From the IMG/VR virus record IMGVR_UViG_3300042467_002204: 64,000 nucleotides of DNA, one strand, 5' to 3'. The notes beneath the pieces are model-generated. The model saw only the letters and a program-made list of their open reading frames with translations, did not search any database and was not told the DNA's origin. This DNA comes from an uncultured virus (IMG/VR IMGVR_UViG_3300042467_002204). Lineage: Duplodnaviria > Heunggongvirae > Uroviricota > Caudoviricetes. Of the stretch, positions 9,586-18,307 are shown one piece after another (positions within the stretch are counted from its first letter, which is position 1; each line of letters begins with the position of its first letter). A program made the translations under genes and the position numbers.

Positions 9586-10494
9586 TCAAGTAACATCAAT
9601 GTCGACCCAAGCAGAGCCGTTCCAAACCTTCAACCGGTTCGTATCGGAATCCAACCAGCCAGCACCTTGAACAGAGGGAGCAGGAGCAGTCGAACCGTAA
9701 GCAAACGAGCGAGAAGGCCCAGCTTCGTACCAGCCACTTGAAGTCGCGTCGTAAACAAACAAGTTTCCGAGCAAAGTATTGAACCAGAGACTTCCGTCTC
9801 GCGGTGGTGCGTTCAGACCAGTGCCTGAAGGTGCAACTTCACCTTTGAGAGCAAGTGCTTCAGCATTTGTTTGATACCACGAGGGCGTCGAAACACCATT
9901 GCCGCTGGCATAAACGAACATGCGTCCCTGGTTGGTGTCGAACCAGAGAGCACCGTTGGCATAACCCGGACGCGGGGCGCCGGAAACAGTTATCGAAGCG
10001 GAATCTGCGCCACTAATCGCAACTAAACCGCCGTTATAAATTACAGAAGTGCTTCCTTCTCCATAAGCACCCAAATTAAACTTGGTTCCGCCATCAGAAA
10101 GATACAGACCAGAACCAGCAGTAAACGCAACACCAGATGTAGAAAGGACAGTGGCGTTAATAAACGCATATCGGCCACTATAAGTTACGTAAATACCTGA
10201 TCCGCCCTCAACAGCAGCGTTGACAACCGTAAACGCTCCGCTTGTGGTGGTATAGATACCGGAGCCAGCGATAACAGCGCCGCCCGAGTTAACACCACTC
10301 AGTGTCCAGTTAAGATCCTCAATGACCTGGACTAATCCCTCAAAGTTGGCGGCATACCCTGACGGGTCAATGGTGAAAGATGCTGTTCCCACGCCGCTAA
10401 TTGTGTAAATACATTCGACGAGGGCATCAACTGCCCCCCGAAAGTTGGGAGTGTGAAGACTATGACGAGACGGGTAGTGACCGCACGCGGACAT
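9586..10494 (-). CDS. tail / virion structural protein
   Basis: 302 aa; repeated AGSG.Y and G.LWF.T..G..FVY motifs typical of fibre proteins. Confidence 0.7.
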   Translation of the reverse strand: MSACGHYPSRHSLHTPNFRGAVDALVECIYTISGVGTASFTIDPSGYAANFEGLVQVIEDLNWTLSGVNSGGAVIAGSGIYTTTSGAFTVVNAAVEGGSGIYVTYSGRYAFINATVLSTSGVAFTAGSGLYLSDGGTKFNLGAYGEGSTSVIYNGGLVAISGADSASITVSGAPRPGYANGALWFDTNQGRMFVYASGNGVSTPSWYQTNAEALALKGEVAPSGTGLNAPPRDGSLWFNTLLGNLFVYDATSSGWYEAGPSRSFAYGSTAPAPSVQGAGWLDSDTNRLKVWNGSAWVDIDVT

Positions 10495-10511
10495 TAGTTT
10501 CCTTAAAAATA

Positions 10512-10874
10512 CTACCCTCCAACGTAAAGTCTAGCGCACTCGTTTATTTTTTCTTTGTTCAGCTTAGCCGAGACCCTTTTTACAAAACTGACATTGCAGC
10601 CCAGATTTTTAGAGACCGTGTTGCAGCTGTGTCCCGCATTCAACTGAGCGATAACTTCCTTACCCAGGAATGTTGAAAGTGCCCGTTGTTCAATACGTTT
10701 ACGAATTTCAGCGTACTGACCGGCAGAAGCAAAGCTTTTTATAATCTGCTGAACCCGTTGCTTCGAAATATTGAATTTTTTACCTATTTCAGCGTAGCTC
10801 TTCCCCTCCATCAAATAATCGTAAATATCCGCAAAACGCTGTTTAGCTTCCGGCGAAGGACAAAGACGACCCAT
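10512..10874 (-). CDS. HTH DNA-binding protein (sigma region 4-like, two HTH)
   Basis: GKSYAEIGKKFNISKQRVQQI and GHSCNTVSKNLGCNVSFVKRV. Confidence 0.7.
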   Translation of the reverse strand: MGRLCPSPEAKQRFADIYDYLMEGKSYAEIGKKFNISKQRVQQIIKSFASAGQYAEIRKRIEQRALSTFLGKEVIAQLNAGHSCNTVSKNLGCNVSFVKRVSAKLNKEKINECARLYVGG

Positions 10875-10898
10875 AATCAGCTTGAAACTGAGTCGACC

Positions 10899-11063
10899 TT
10901 ACCCAGCATCTACTTTGGTGTCAACCTCACGATGCTGATAAAACTCTTCAGCTATACGCCAAGCTGGGATATTTAACTTCATAGCTCTGCGGCGACACTC
11001 CGCCCAGAACTCCTCATCAGACAGGTCTATAGCTGCACTTGGTTTTAAGCTTGCTGTAGGCAT
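10899..11063 (-). CDS. small hypothetical protein, 54 aa
   Basis: Hand-translated MPTASLKPSAAIDLSDEEFWAECRRRAMKLNIPAW...; TAATAT upstream. Confidence 0.5.
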   Translation of the reverse strand: MPTASLKPSAAIDLSDEEFWAECRRRAMKLNIPAWRIAEEFYQHREVDTKVDAG

Positions 11064-11213
11064 GACCCATCCCTAGAAGATGTTGTTCGTATATTACCAG
11101 ATATTCCAGAAAAAGCGTAGTTTTGTACTCTTTGCCCTATAGTCGACAGTACGCGGGTTGCCACGGCTGCAAAAACCAAAACACCGTGTTTCAAAACTAT
11201 CTCCAGAAGCCCG

Positions 11214-11353
11214 TTTACTTAACGTGAATTTCGTTTTAAAACGTGCTTAGTTATATATTTAAAATTATATTATAAGTAATATGCGCTAACGCAAATTTCG
11301 CTGCAGTTAAATACTGTAAAACTTGCCGGTCAGGCGAAATTTACGTTAAGTAA
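11214..11353. repeat. 19-bp inverted repeats flanking an AT-rich core (candidate origin or operator)
   Basis: TTACTTAACGTGAATTTCG (11215-11233) vs CGAAATTTACGTTAAGTAA (11335-11353), 18/19 complementary, in a divergent intergenic region. Confidence 0.7.
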
Positions 11354-11448
11354 TCTAATGATTGAGGAGAAAATCAAAAAAGGGAGCACGAACGGCTAAG
11401 CTACCTACATGGTGCGCTGTGTGCGTTCCGTGCGTTGTGTGAGCTCAA

Positions 11449-12135
11449 ATGAGTACATCCGTATTCCTAACCCAGTACCTCGGGATCCTTGAACCCGTCC
11501 TTTCAGAGCCTCCAGGAGGCATTCCGGACGAAACACGAGAGCTAGGCAACTTCGAGTTGGCTGTCTACGGGCAGACCGGTGTCCTCCTCTGCCAGTGCGG
11601 GCGCCAGGACCCGATAGCCCTTCGGATGCGCGACGTGGCCCACGCTGCTCCGATTCGGGGCCTGATGGCCTGTCCTGCCTGCGTTGCCGAATCCCGCACC
11701 AACCCTGGTCGTTCGAAGCTGATCCAGGCTTGGTTCCGGCGCCGCAAACTGGCGATAAACCCTGATCAGCACTTATATCTTCCTGAGTCCTTGCACCGCC
11801 TGGTCGACGACGAGGAGATCATGCGCCCGCGTCGCTACATATATAAGGTGTTTTTTGATTGCGACTTGACTACGGAAGATAAAGTTCTGTGTTCGTGCGG
11901 GGATCAATCCTGTTTAAATCCTTATCACATGATGATCGGTAAAAGTCCTGCGCGTAAAATGACACCAGAAATGCTGGAGGCTGTACAAGCATGGCTAAAG
12001 AACGGCAAAACGACCAAATCGGTGGTGGAATTGCTCAAAATAAAATTTCAAAAGTCGTTTTCTATTCGGACTATACAATTGCTAAAAAAAGAGTTTCAGC
12101 AATCAGGCTTTACGAAGAGCTCGTTCAGCTGTTAG
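11449..12135 (+). CDS. Zn-binding His-Me-finger-like protein with C-terminal HTH
   Basis: CQCG..CPAC and CGDQSCLNPYHM motifs; C-terminal K.T.SVVELL...SIRTIQ. Confidence 0.6.
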   Translation: MSTSVFLTQYLGILEPVLSEPPGGIPDETRELGNFELAVYGQTGVLLCQCGRQDPIALRMRDVAHAAPIRGLMACPACVAESRTNPGRSKLIQAWFRRRKLAINPDQHLYLPESLHRLVDDEEIMRPRRYIYKVFFDCDLTTEDKVLCSCGDQSCLNPYHMMIGKSPARKMTPEMLEAVQAWLKNGKTTKSVVELLKIKFQKSFSIRTIQLLKKEFQQSGFTKSSFSC

Positions 12136-12323
12136 TATTTCGCCAACCTCTTTCCACGAAAGAGATACGCAGTGAGTTGTATTCACCTAAGGACAACTTA
12201 CTGAGGGCTTTAAAATCCCTAGTACAACTTGATTTGGTACGAAAAATCTCTTTCGAAACGCATACGCTGTATGTGCTAAATGGAGAGTACAATTCGTTAA
12301 TTAAAACTACACTTGGATTATGA
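11991..12323 (+). CDS. winged-helix DNA-binding protein (start uncertain)
   Basis: PLSTKEIRSEL..PKDNLLRALKSLVQLDLVRK...YVL pattern. Confidence 0.6.
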   Translation: MAKERQNDQIGGGIAQNKISKVVFYSDYTIAKKRVSAIRLYEELVQLLVFRQPLSTKEIRSELYSPKDNLLRALKSLVQLDLVRKISFETHTLYVLNGEYNSLIKTTLGL

Positions 12324-12751
12324 ACACAGAACTCGATAAGAAGCCCTTTCGGTGGGATGACGAATACGTTATTGAAAATCTTCCTACATGGATTTACACA
12401 GATAATGATCAACCACGCTCGATAAACGAGTGCAGGGCCAAGATCTCCTCTGTCGAATACACAATCGAAGACATCGACTTACAGATTCAGATACGAGATC
12501 TGGAATTAAAAACAGGTAACAGTCGTCATCAGTCCTCTTTCGATTTCGATAAGTGGAAAACTCAAGCGTTGCGAGCTAGGCAGACACATCTGTATCTTCT
12601 GAACGCTTATAAATACTGGTTGATCCTTAACGAAAAAGAACCGGATCCTAAGTATTTAGATAAAAAACTGAATCAGATCATTAAACTGCTAATAGAGGAG
12701 CCTGCTGATTTTGAACAACAACTCGCAGCACTCTACGATTTGCCTGCGTAA
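12320..12751 (+). CDS. hypothetical protein (coiled-coil)
   Basis: 143 aa ORF coupled by an ATGA overlap. Confidence 0.7.
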   Translation: MNTELDKKPFRWDDEYVIENLPTWIYTDNDQPRSINECRAKISSVEYTIEDIDLQIQIRDLELKTGNSRHQSSFDFDKWKTQALRARQTHLYLLNAYKYWLILNEKEPDPKYLDKKLNQIIKLLIEEPADFEQQLAALYDLPA

Positions 12752-13160
12752 CAGGAATCACATAAAAACCGATACGGTTTGCGAGGAGTGCCTGAAAACA
12801 ATAAATAATTTTGCCTGCGAACCACAGCTGCAGGACGTTGAGCCCGAACTCCGGGCTCTTTTTACGCAGCTAACTGCTCAAAACCGAGACCTATATACGT
12901 GTTGGAAAAGCTCTTACAAAACAATTACGGTTCTTGGTAAACGCCTGAATATAGAGAACGTCTACTACAACTTTTATAAGGGTGACATCGGAAACTTTGC
13001 TTTAAAACGAATTTGCGGAACAATTGGGTGTGTAAATCCAGCTCACCACAAATCACGCTTTGAGGCTGAAACAATCAAAAAGAAAGTGCAAAGTGGATTT
13101 AACAGAAAATTAAAAAACATGAGTGAGCTATCCACAGCGGAATGGCTGCGCCAACCTTAG
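12711..13160 (+). CDS. His-Me-finger (HNH-like Zn loop) protein
   Basis: CW..., Y..YKGDI, CGTIGCVNPAHH motifs. Confidence 0.6.
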   Translation: MNNNSQHSTICLRNRNHIKTDTVCEECLKTINNFACEPQLQDVEPELRALFTQLTAQNRDLYTCWKSSYKTITVLGKRLNIENVYYNFYKGDIGNFALKRICGTIGCVNPAHHKSRFEAETIKKKVQSGFNRKLKNMSELSTAEWLRQP

Positions 13161-13299
13161 ACTTCTGTCACTGGCTTTCGTAAGAAAGGCCGAAAGTCAG
13201 TATATTGGGGTACGCTCGGTTTTAGCCTTTTCCCGAGTGTGGCAACTGAACTCCATTGCCCGGCGCCGGGGGATGGGGCAGCCCCAAATTACTTAAATT

Positions 13300-13623
13300 A
13301 TGGAAGTTGAATCCCGAGAACTCCTGAGTCTGCTGCAAAGCATCGATGTATCGCTGCAGATTTTGGCGCAAAACAAAACAAAAGCAGCAAAAACTGTATT
13401 TGTGTCAAAGAAAGTGATCGCCTCTCGCTTAGGCGTGCCTCCTGTAACAATCGACAAGCTGATCTACCAAGGAATTACATCAGGTGGTAAATCCGGCCTT
13501 GTTGAACTGCGTCATTACTGTAAGCTAGATCCGACAGAACAAAATACGTCTAACTTTCTGTTCGATCCCGTGCAAATAACCACGGACGCTTGGGCTTCTT
13601 TCACTAACTACGACAATGTTTAA
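13300..13623 (+). CDS. putative DNA-binding protein
   Basis: FVSKKVIASRLGVPPVTIDKLI helix-turn-helix-like segment. Confidence 0.55.
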   Translation: MEVESRELLSLLQSIDVSLQILAQNKTKAAKTVFVSKKVIASRLGVPPVTIDKLIYQGITSGGKSGLVELRHYCKLDPTEQNTSNFLFDPVQITTDAWASFTNYDNV

Positions 13624-14032
13624 TTCAAACAAAACAAAACAAGCATTTAAAAACGTCTTTGGATTCTCAGAAATTCAAAATCGCATCGCTTTAAACACGG
13701 TCAAGATGATCGTGGGCGATATGGTGACTTTGTACTCAGAGTTCAAGAAAAATGAAGGGTCCGGAGCTCTGTTTTTTATCCCTTCGAATCCGAAGTGTTC
13801 ACGCTATGTGACAATCTCGGACATCCAAAAAGACATCATTTTGTCTGAGGAGTTGATGGACAAACCTCTGACAGAATTTCTACGCAAATTGGGAAATATC
13901 GTCGAAAAACACGAAGACGAAGAGAAACCCATCGTGGTGCTGGTGACAGAGAGCGGTATGAGTATTCATATCGTTAATCCTGACGAAGTTTCTGACAACA
14001 TCACGGATTATTTGACCGATGCCGCTAGCTAG
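13616..14032 (+). CDS. hypothetical protein
   Basis: 138 aa ORF overlapping both neighbours. Confidence 0.7.
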   Translation: MFNSNKTKQAFKNVFGFSEIQNRIALNTVKMIVGDMVTLYSEFKKNEGSGALFFIPSNPKCSRYVTISDIQKDIILSEELMDKPLTEFLRKLGNIVEKHEDEEKPIVVLVTESGMSIHIVNPDEVSDNITDYLTDAAS

Positions 14033-14597
14033 TGTCGATTTTGTTTCCCCGCCAGAAGTTATTGCAACTACGACGGCATTTTTTGACGGGGAAATAGCAC
14101 TCGATCCGGCATCAAGTGTCAGTGCCAATAAGTTAGTCTGTGCATCTAAATTTTTTACGTACGAAGACAGCGGATTAAATCAAATTTGGCGAGCTAAAAA
14201 CGTTTATTTGTTTCCGCCACGGGATTTTTTATTAGGTAGCGAGCAACCGGCGGACGCCTACTTGTTTAGAAAGCGGAGGCGCTTTCAAAAGTCTGCACAG
14301 CGGGTGTGGCTAGAGGAATGCAAACGAAAGTATCTAAGACAAGAGTTCGACGAAGCGATCGTTTTTTTAACTTCTACAGAAGTGGCTTTGTTGACGACTC
14401 AAAAACTTGAAATTGACTTTCCGCTGTGCATACTTAGAGACAGACCAAATTTGTATATAGATACACCTGAGTTAAATAAACTTGATAACACAAGATGCCT
14501 TGGATTTGTTTATTACTTTCCCAGCTCTATAAACACTGAGAAACGTATATACGACTTTAGTAACCTCTATAGTAACCTTGGTCGGGTGTTTGTTTGA
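14019..14597 (+). CDS. phage DNA N6-adenine methyltransferase-like protein (catalytic motif altered)
   Basis: PPE, LDPAS..AN, FFT.EDSGL..W motifs; FPPR where NPPY is expected. Confidence 0.65.
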   Translation: MPLASVDFVSPPEVIATTTAFFDGEIALDPASSVSANKLVCASKFFTYEDSGLNQIWRAKNVYLFPPRDFLLGSEQPADAYLFRKRRRFQKSAQRVWLEECKRKYLRQEFDEAIVFLTSTEVALLTTQKLEIDFPLCILRDRPNLYIDTPELNKLDNTRCLGFVYYFPSSINTEKRIYDFSNLYSNLGRVFV

Positions 14598-14862
14598 TTG
14601 GATCAGGCGTATCGTAAGTTTCGTCTGGTCCAAACTTATCATTCGCTCCAAAACCTAATCCCACGGCGACGTTGCGCATTTTGCGGAACATTCGCGTACG
14701 CATTAATCTACGGGTTCTTTCGTCAGAACCTTCCGCCCAGACTTTACCGGCTAAACGAATATCGGATCGCTGTCGATAACGGTAATCATGTTTAGCAAAC
14801 GGCGCTTCGGCGTGAAAATTAACTTCACGCTCATGAAACGAAGGACGTTTTACATTAAACAT
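14557..14862 (-). CDS. hypothetical protein
   Basis: 101 aa ORF overlapping the stop of the upstream gene. Confidence 0.6.
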   Translation of the reverse strand: MFNVKRPSFHEREVNFHAEAPFAKHDYRYRQRSDIRLAGKVWAEGSDERTRRLMRTRMFRKMRNVAVGLGFGANDKFGPDETYDTPDPIKQTPDQGYYRGY

Positions 14863-15412
14863 TATAGTCCGTGTACTGCGAATAACCCAGCTTACCTCGA
14901 TTCAACTCAGTCTTAATTGGAGGGTTAGTAGCTAACCTCATAATCTCGGGATCTAAAGCTAAATTAGTTGCGCTGCTTTCAGCCAAGCTTCGCGCTATTT
15001 GAGGACCCGCTAAAAGAGTGCGGTAAAGATCCGCAGAAGTCTTACGCCCCACATCACTTACACCTTGTGTAAAAGCTCCTGCAGATTGTAGAAGAGATTT
15101 ATTTAAACCCTCAGCAGATTCTGAACCGATAAGTCCAGGTCTAAAATTTAATAATGCTGGTTCATATTTCTTTGTTAAATCCGCTAAATAATTTTTATAA
15201 TCTTCACGGGTTCCAGTGACATATTCGGTCGGAGTTCTTCCGGCCATCGCACTTAAAACAGGAATAGCCTCTTTAGCTTTGGTTTCGTACGTAGTGGCTT
15301 TGTCACCAACGTCTTTTACAAGTTCTTTTTGACGTTCATAGGCTTCATTAGCAGCATTTTGAATTGCTTCTCGCGCAGCACGACTTTCTCTAACGGCTGG
15401 TGACTCGCCCAT
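14855..15412 (-). CDS. hypothetical, probable internal virion protein
   Basis: 185 aa helical ORF next to the lysozyme gene; GGAG and TAAACT upstream. Confidence 0.65.
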   Translation of the reverse strand: MGESPAVRESRAAREAIQNAANEAYERQKELVKDVGDKATTYETKAKEAIPVLSAMAGRTPTEYVTGTREDYKNYLADLTKKYEPALLNFRPGLIGSESAEGLNKSLLQSAGAFTQGVSDVGRKTSADLYRTLLAGPQIARSLAESSATNLALDPEIMRLATNPPIKTELNRGKLGYSQYTDYNV

Positions 15413-15472
15413 GTGTACAAAAAACTCCTAGCTTTAGTTTACAGAAATTACCGATAAACAGTCGAGTTTCAC

Positions 15473-16720
15473 TTATCCTCGTCCGCTTAAAGGACTTGAT
15501 CCTCGGGTTAGGTGCAGCAGCTGCACTTCACCTTTTCCAGGAATCTGAACACCTACAGTGTACCCACCGGCTCCTGTATCGCCATAGCTCCTGACTAATT
15601 TAGCTCCACCTGTTGTATAAATAGGGGTTCCGGCACCGACACCTATGTCGATTCCTCTGTGAAACGAACTAGCACCCGCAGTTGGGGCAGTTCGTGGACC
15701 ATAAGGGCTGGTTAATGGAAGCTCGCTAGGGCGTTTATTTCCAATGAGTAAATACTGATCTAATTCTTGAGGCGAAATAGGTTGACCACTTGCGTATCGA
15801 ATATCTAAATGTGGTCCCGTACTAACACCTGTACTACCTGTACGAGCGACAAACCCCATACCAGTCGTAGGTGTGTTTCTGCTAACTACATCATTCTCGT
15901 TTAACGATGCTTCAAGTTGAGCTGCTCGATCGTTAAACGATTTTACAGTCGCATAACCTTCAATCAGTTGTCCGGGTATCTGCGTAATACTGGAAACAAG
16001 ATCCGTATCGTCTGCCCCTGCTGCTTGAATAGCCAACTGTTGATATTTCGCAGCAACTTCAGGATCTTCAGCAAGAGCCGCAGCTTGTAAATAATCAGCA
16101 GCTTTGTCGCCCACGGAGCTCTGAGGCCCCATCACCTTGGTGCCGAACTGTTTTAAAACATTCCCCATTGTCTCAACAAAGCTCATCCGAGGAAGTTTTG
16201 CGGGAGCTTTAGCCGTCGTAGTCGGTTGCCCTTCTAATCCGATAGGAGATGCCTGTCCGTAGACACGCTGTAAATCACTAAAGGATTTAACAGGTTGGCC
16301 ATAGTAGCTAGCACCACTCAATGTGGGTAATGACGCCCACTCTGGAGCTAATGCAGCGGACACTCGCGGACTAAAACCCTCTTTCTGAAGGACAGCGAGA
16401 CCTCCTAGAGGCATTAAGCGGTTCCGGATACCACGCAGAGCTGCTAAATCTTGTTCACGCGGACCAAAAGATCCGAGACCAAGCGCTTTTGCGTGAGACT
16501 CCCAAGTTCCAGGAAGAAACTGATAGGCTCCAGCTGCCCTGCTTCTACCTTTATATAAAGTATTCGGATGACGGCTTAAATCCGATAAAGTTCCTCCACC
16601 AAAAGTAACAGCATATGGATTTTTTGCTCCGCCAGTACCTTCGGCATAACGAAGTACAGCCAATAACCGTTGAGCTTCAGGCGTAAATCGAGCTCGTTCT
16701 AATAACTCTTTTTCGGTCAT
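15473..16720 (-). CDS. lambda-R-like lysozyme/transglycosylase fused to a circularly permuted M23 peptidase
   Basis: LRYAEGT, AAGAYQF..TW, QD.AA, EWASLP; C-terminal STGPHLD precedes HRGID and LHL. Confidence 0.8.
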   Translation of the reverse strand: MTEKELLERARFTPEAQRLLAVLRYAEGTGGAKNPYAVTFGGGTLSDLSRHPNTLYKGRSRAAGAYQFLPGTWESHAKALGLGSFGPREQDLAALRGIRNRLMPLGGLAVLQKEGFSPRVSAALAPEWASLPTLSGASYYGQPVKSFSDLQRVYGQASPIGLEGQPTTTAKAPAKLPRMSFVETMGNVLKQFGTKVMGPQSSVGDKAADYLQAAALAEDPEVAAKYQQLAIQAAGADDTDLVSSITQIPGQLIEGYATVKSFNDRAAQLEASLNENDVVSRNTPTTGMGFVARTGSTGVSTGPHLDIRYASGQPISPQELDQYLLIGNKRPSELPLTSPYGPRTAPTAGASSFHRGIDIGVGAGTPIYTTGGAKLVRSYGDTGAGGYTVGVQIPGKGEVQLLHLTRGSSPLSGRG

Positions 16721-16754
16721 TGCGTACCGTAACCTTTATCGCCGTAATTCGATT

Positions 16755-17015
16755 CTAGACGCTTTCAGTTTGCGGTTCTTCATCGTCAAAAATACTCATG
16801 TTGGTATCTATAAGGACACCAACTTCTTGCATCACCGTTTTATAAGCTCGCTCACGGCAGATAAGACGAAACACCGTGGTCCAAAAGAAATTGTCGCGCT
16901 CGGGCCCAGATTTCAACGCGTGAGCCTTGCTTCGGATGCGTGTCAGCGTGAACTCGTCTTCCAGGGTCAGCCCGCAGGAGAGGTGGTTATGCCCCTTCGA
17001 ATTTTTCCGGCCCAT
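16755..17015 (-). CDS. nblA: NblA-like phycobilisome degradation protein
   Basis: LTLEDEFTL...ICRERAYKTVM matches the NblA pattern LSLEQEF.L...M.RE.AYK.L; size fits. Confidence 0.6.
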   Translation of the reverse strand: MGRKNSKGHNHLSCGLTLEDEFTLTRIRSKAHALKSGPERDNFFWTTVFRLICRERAYKTVMQEVGVLIDTNMSIFDDEEPQTESV

Positions 17016-17119
17016 GATCCGAGGTCATCTAAATACAGCATAGCTGTAACAAAAAATTTCCGCTCTAGCCGTATACTAACGTTTTCTTAGTATTTCTATT
17101 TAACACTACGTTGTTAAAA

Positions 17120-17377
17120 TTACCACATTTTACAAGACCAGTAACCTGGCGTTAGCTTGCTCTTCTTTTCATCACAGTTATGACGTGCTCTAAAGTTCTT
17201 TCTACGTTCTGGGTCGTCACTACGGTTCTCCATGTTTGCATCACCGAAGCGAACTAAGCGCACCTGATCGCCTTCTTTTGCAGCCACAGCGTATTGTTTC
17301 CCGCCCTGAATATCACGCTTTGGAGAGTTGTAGTTTTTGAAAACTTCTCCAGCAAGACGAATTGTCATGAGACTCAT
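17120..17377 (-). CDS. conserved small basic viral protein
   Basis: VRFGD..M..DPERRKNFRARHNC..GYWSCKMW; perfect TATAAT upstream. Confidence 0.75.
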   Translation of the reverse strand: MSLMTIRLAGEVFKNYNSPKRDIQGGKQYAVAAKEGDQVRLVRFGDANMENRSDDPERRKNFRARHNCDEKKSKLTPGYWSCKMW

Positions 17378-17496
17378 GAGCTCCTAATTGATTATACCGA
17401 TTGAAACCTTAAAAAGGCATTACGATCAACTTCTAACGTTGCAACACATGAAATCAGGGTTACTATGTCACAGTTGCTTCCTGTTAAAAGCACCAA

Positions 17497-17766
17497 ATGA
17501 CGGACAGTAAAACCCTTCTCACGATTGCGGAAACGGCAGAACTTCTTAATTGCAGCTCTGGGTTTGTCCGTAAGCGCATCGCGCTCTCTGAAGCCAACCA
17601 GCCCGGTGGGTGGCCTAAGTCGATCTATGTAAACCTTCAACCTAATGGTGCGAAGTCGCTGTATCGCGTTAATCGCACTGCTCTCGAAGAATACCTTCAA
17701 AACGCAGCACCCGCTAAAGTAGAAACGGAAGAAAACTTCGAACCCGCTGCAGCCTGCAGCTTCTGA
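17497..17766 (+). CDS. excisionase-like HTH protein
   Basis: LLTIAETAELLNCSSGFVRKRI ... YRVNRTALEEYL. Confidence 0.7.
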   Translation: MTDSKTLLTIAETAELLNCSSGFVRKRIALSEANQPGGWPKSIYVNLQPNGAKSLYRVNRTALEEYLQNAAPAKVETEENFEPAAACSF

Positions 17767-17767
17767 A

Positions 17768-18307
17768 ATGGTTTACTCAACTTCGAGCCCTGAAGATATT
17801 TCGGGGATGCTCCAACGGCAACCTGTTGCAGTAGAAACAATCGAAGTTGAAACGCAAGAAAGGGTCACAGTGGAGGGACTAGCTTCTCTCCTGGTGACCC
17901 TTTCATCTGCTCTAACACATTTGTACATACAATCACATTTAATTCATTTGAACGTTGAAGGGCCTTTATTTTTGCCCGTACACGAATTTTTAAAAGGGCA
18001 GTACGAATCCCACGTCGATCAGCTTGATAAAACCGCCGAGTTTGTTCGCACTCTCGACGTGTTCATGCCGATGTGCGAAAAAGGACTTTTAGGAGCGTGC
18101 AAGCCTTTTAAGCATGTTAAGAGCTACGAATGTCGCGATATGCTAATGACGTATTTAAAAAACTTAGAAGATATTGGTATGCAGGCTAAGGACGTCGGTG
18201 AGTACGCGAAAGAACTAAAAGCTCCCGATGTTGAAAATTATATGGCCGAACTCGTGGGCGAAATGTTCAAAGCTGCTTGGTTTATCAAGAGCACTCTTCG
18301 GGGTTAA
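17768..18307 (+). CDS. dps: Dps / ferritin-like protein
   Basis: HLNVEGPLFLPVHEFL..QY....D..AE motif and C-terminal KAAWF. Confidence 0.8.
   Translation: MVYSTSSPEDISGMLQRQPVAVETIEVETQERVTVEGLASLLVTLSSALTHLYIQSHLIHLNVEGPLFLPVHEFLKGQYESHVDQLDKTAEFVRTLDVFMPMCEKGLLGACKPFKHVKSYECRDMLMTYLKNLEDIGMQAKDVGEYAKELKAPDVENYMAELVGEMFKAAWFIKSTLRG

Noticed and set aside
11335..11353. dif/Xer site (TTACGTTAAGT resembles a XerD arm)
   Set aside because: No XerC-like arm at 6-bp spacing in any copy.
13165..13198. Hammerhead ribozyme (stem followed by GAAA)
   Set aside because: The CUGANGA core is absent (sequence reads CUGUCAC).
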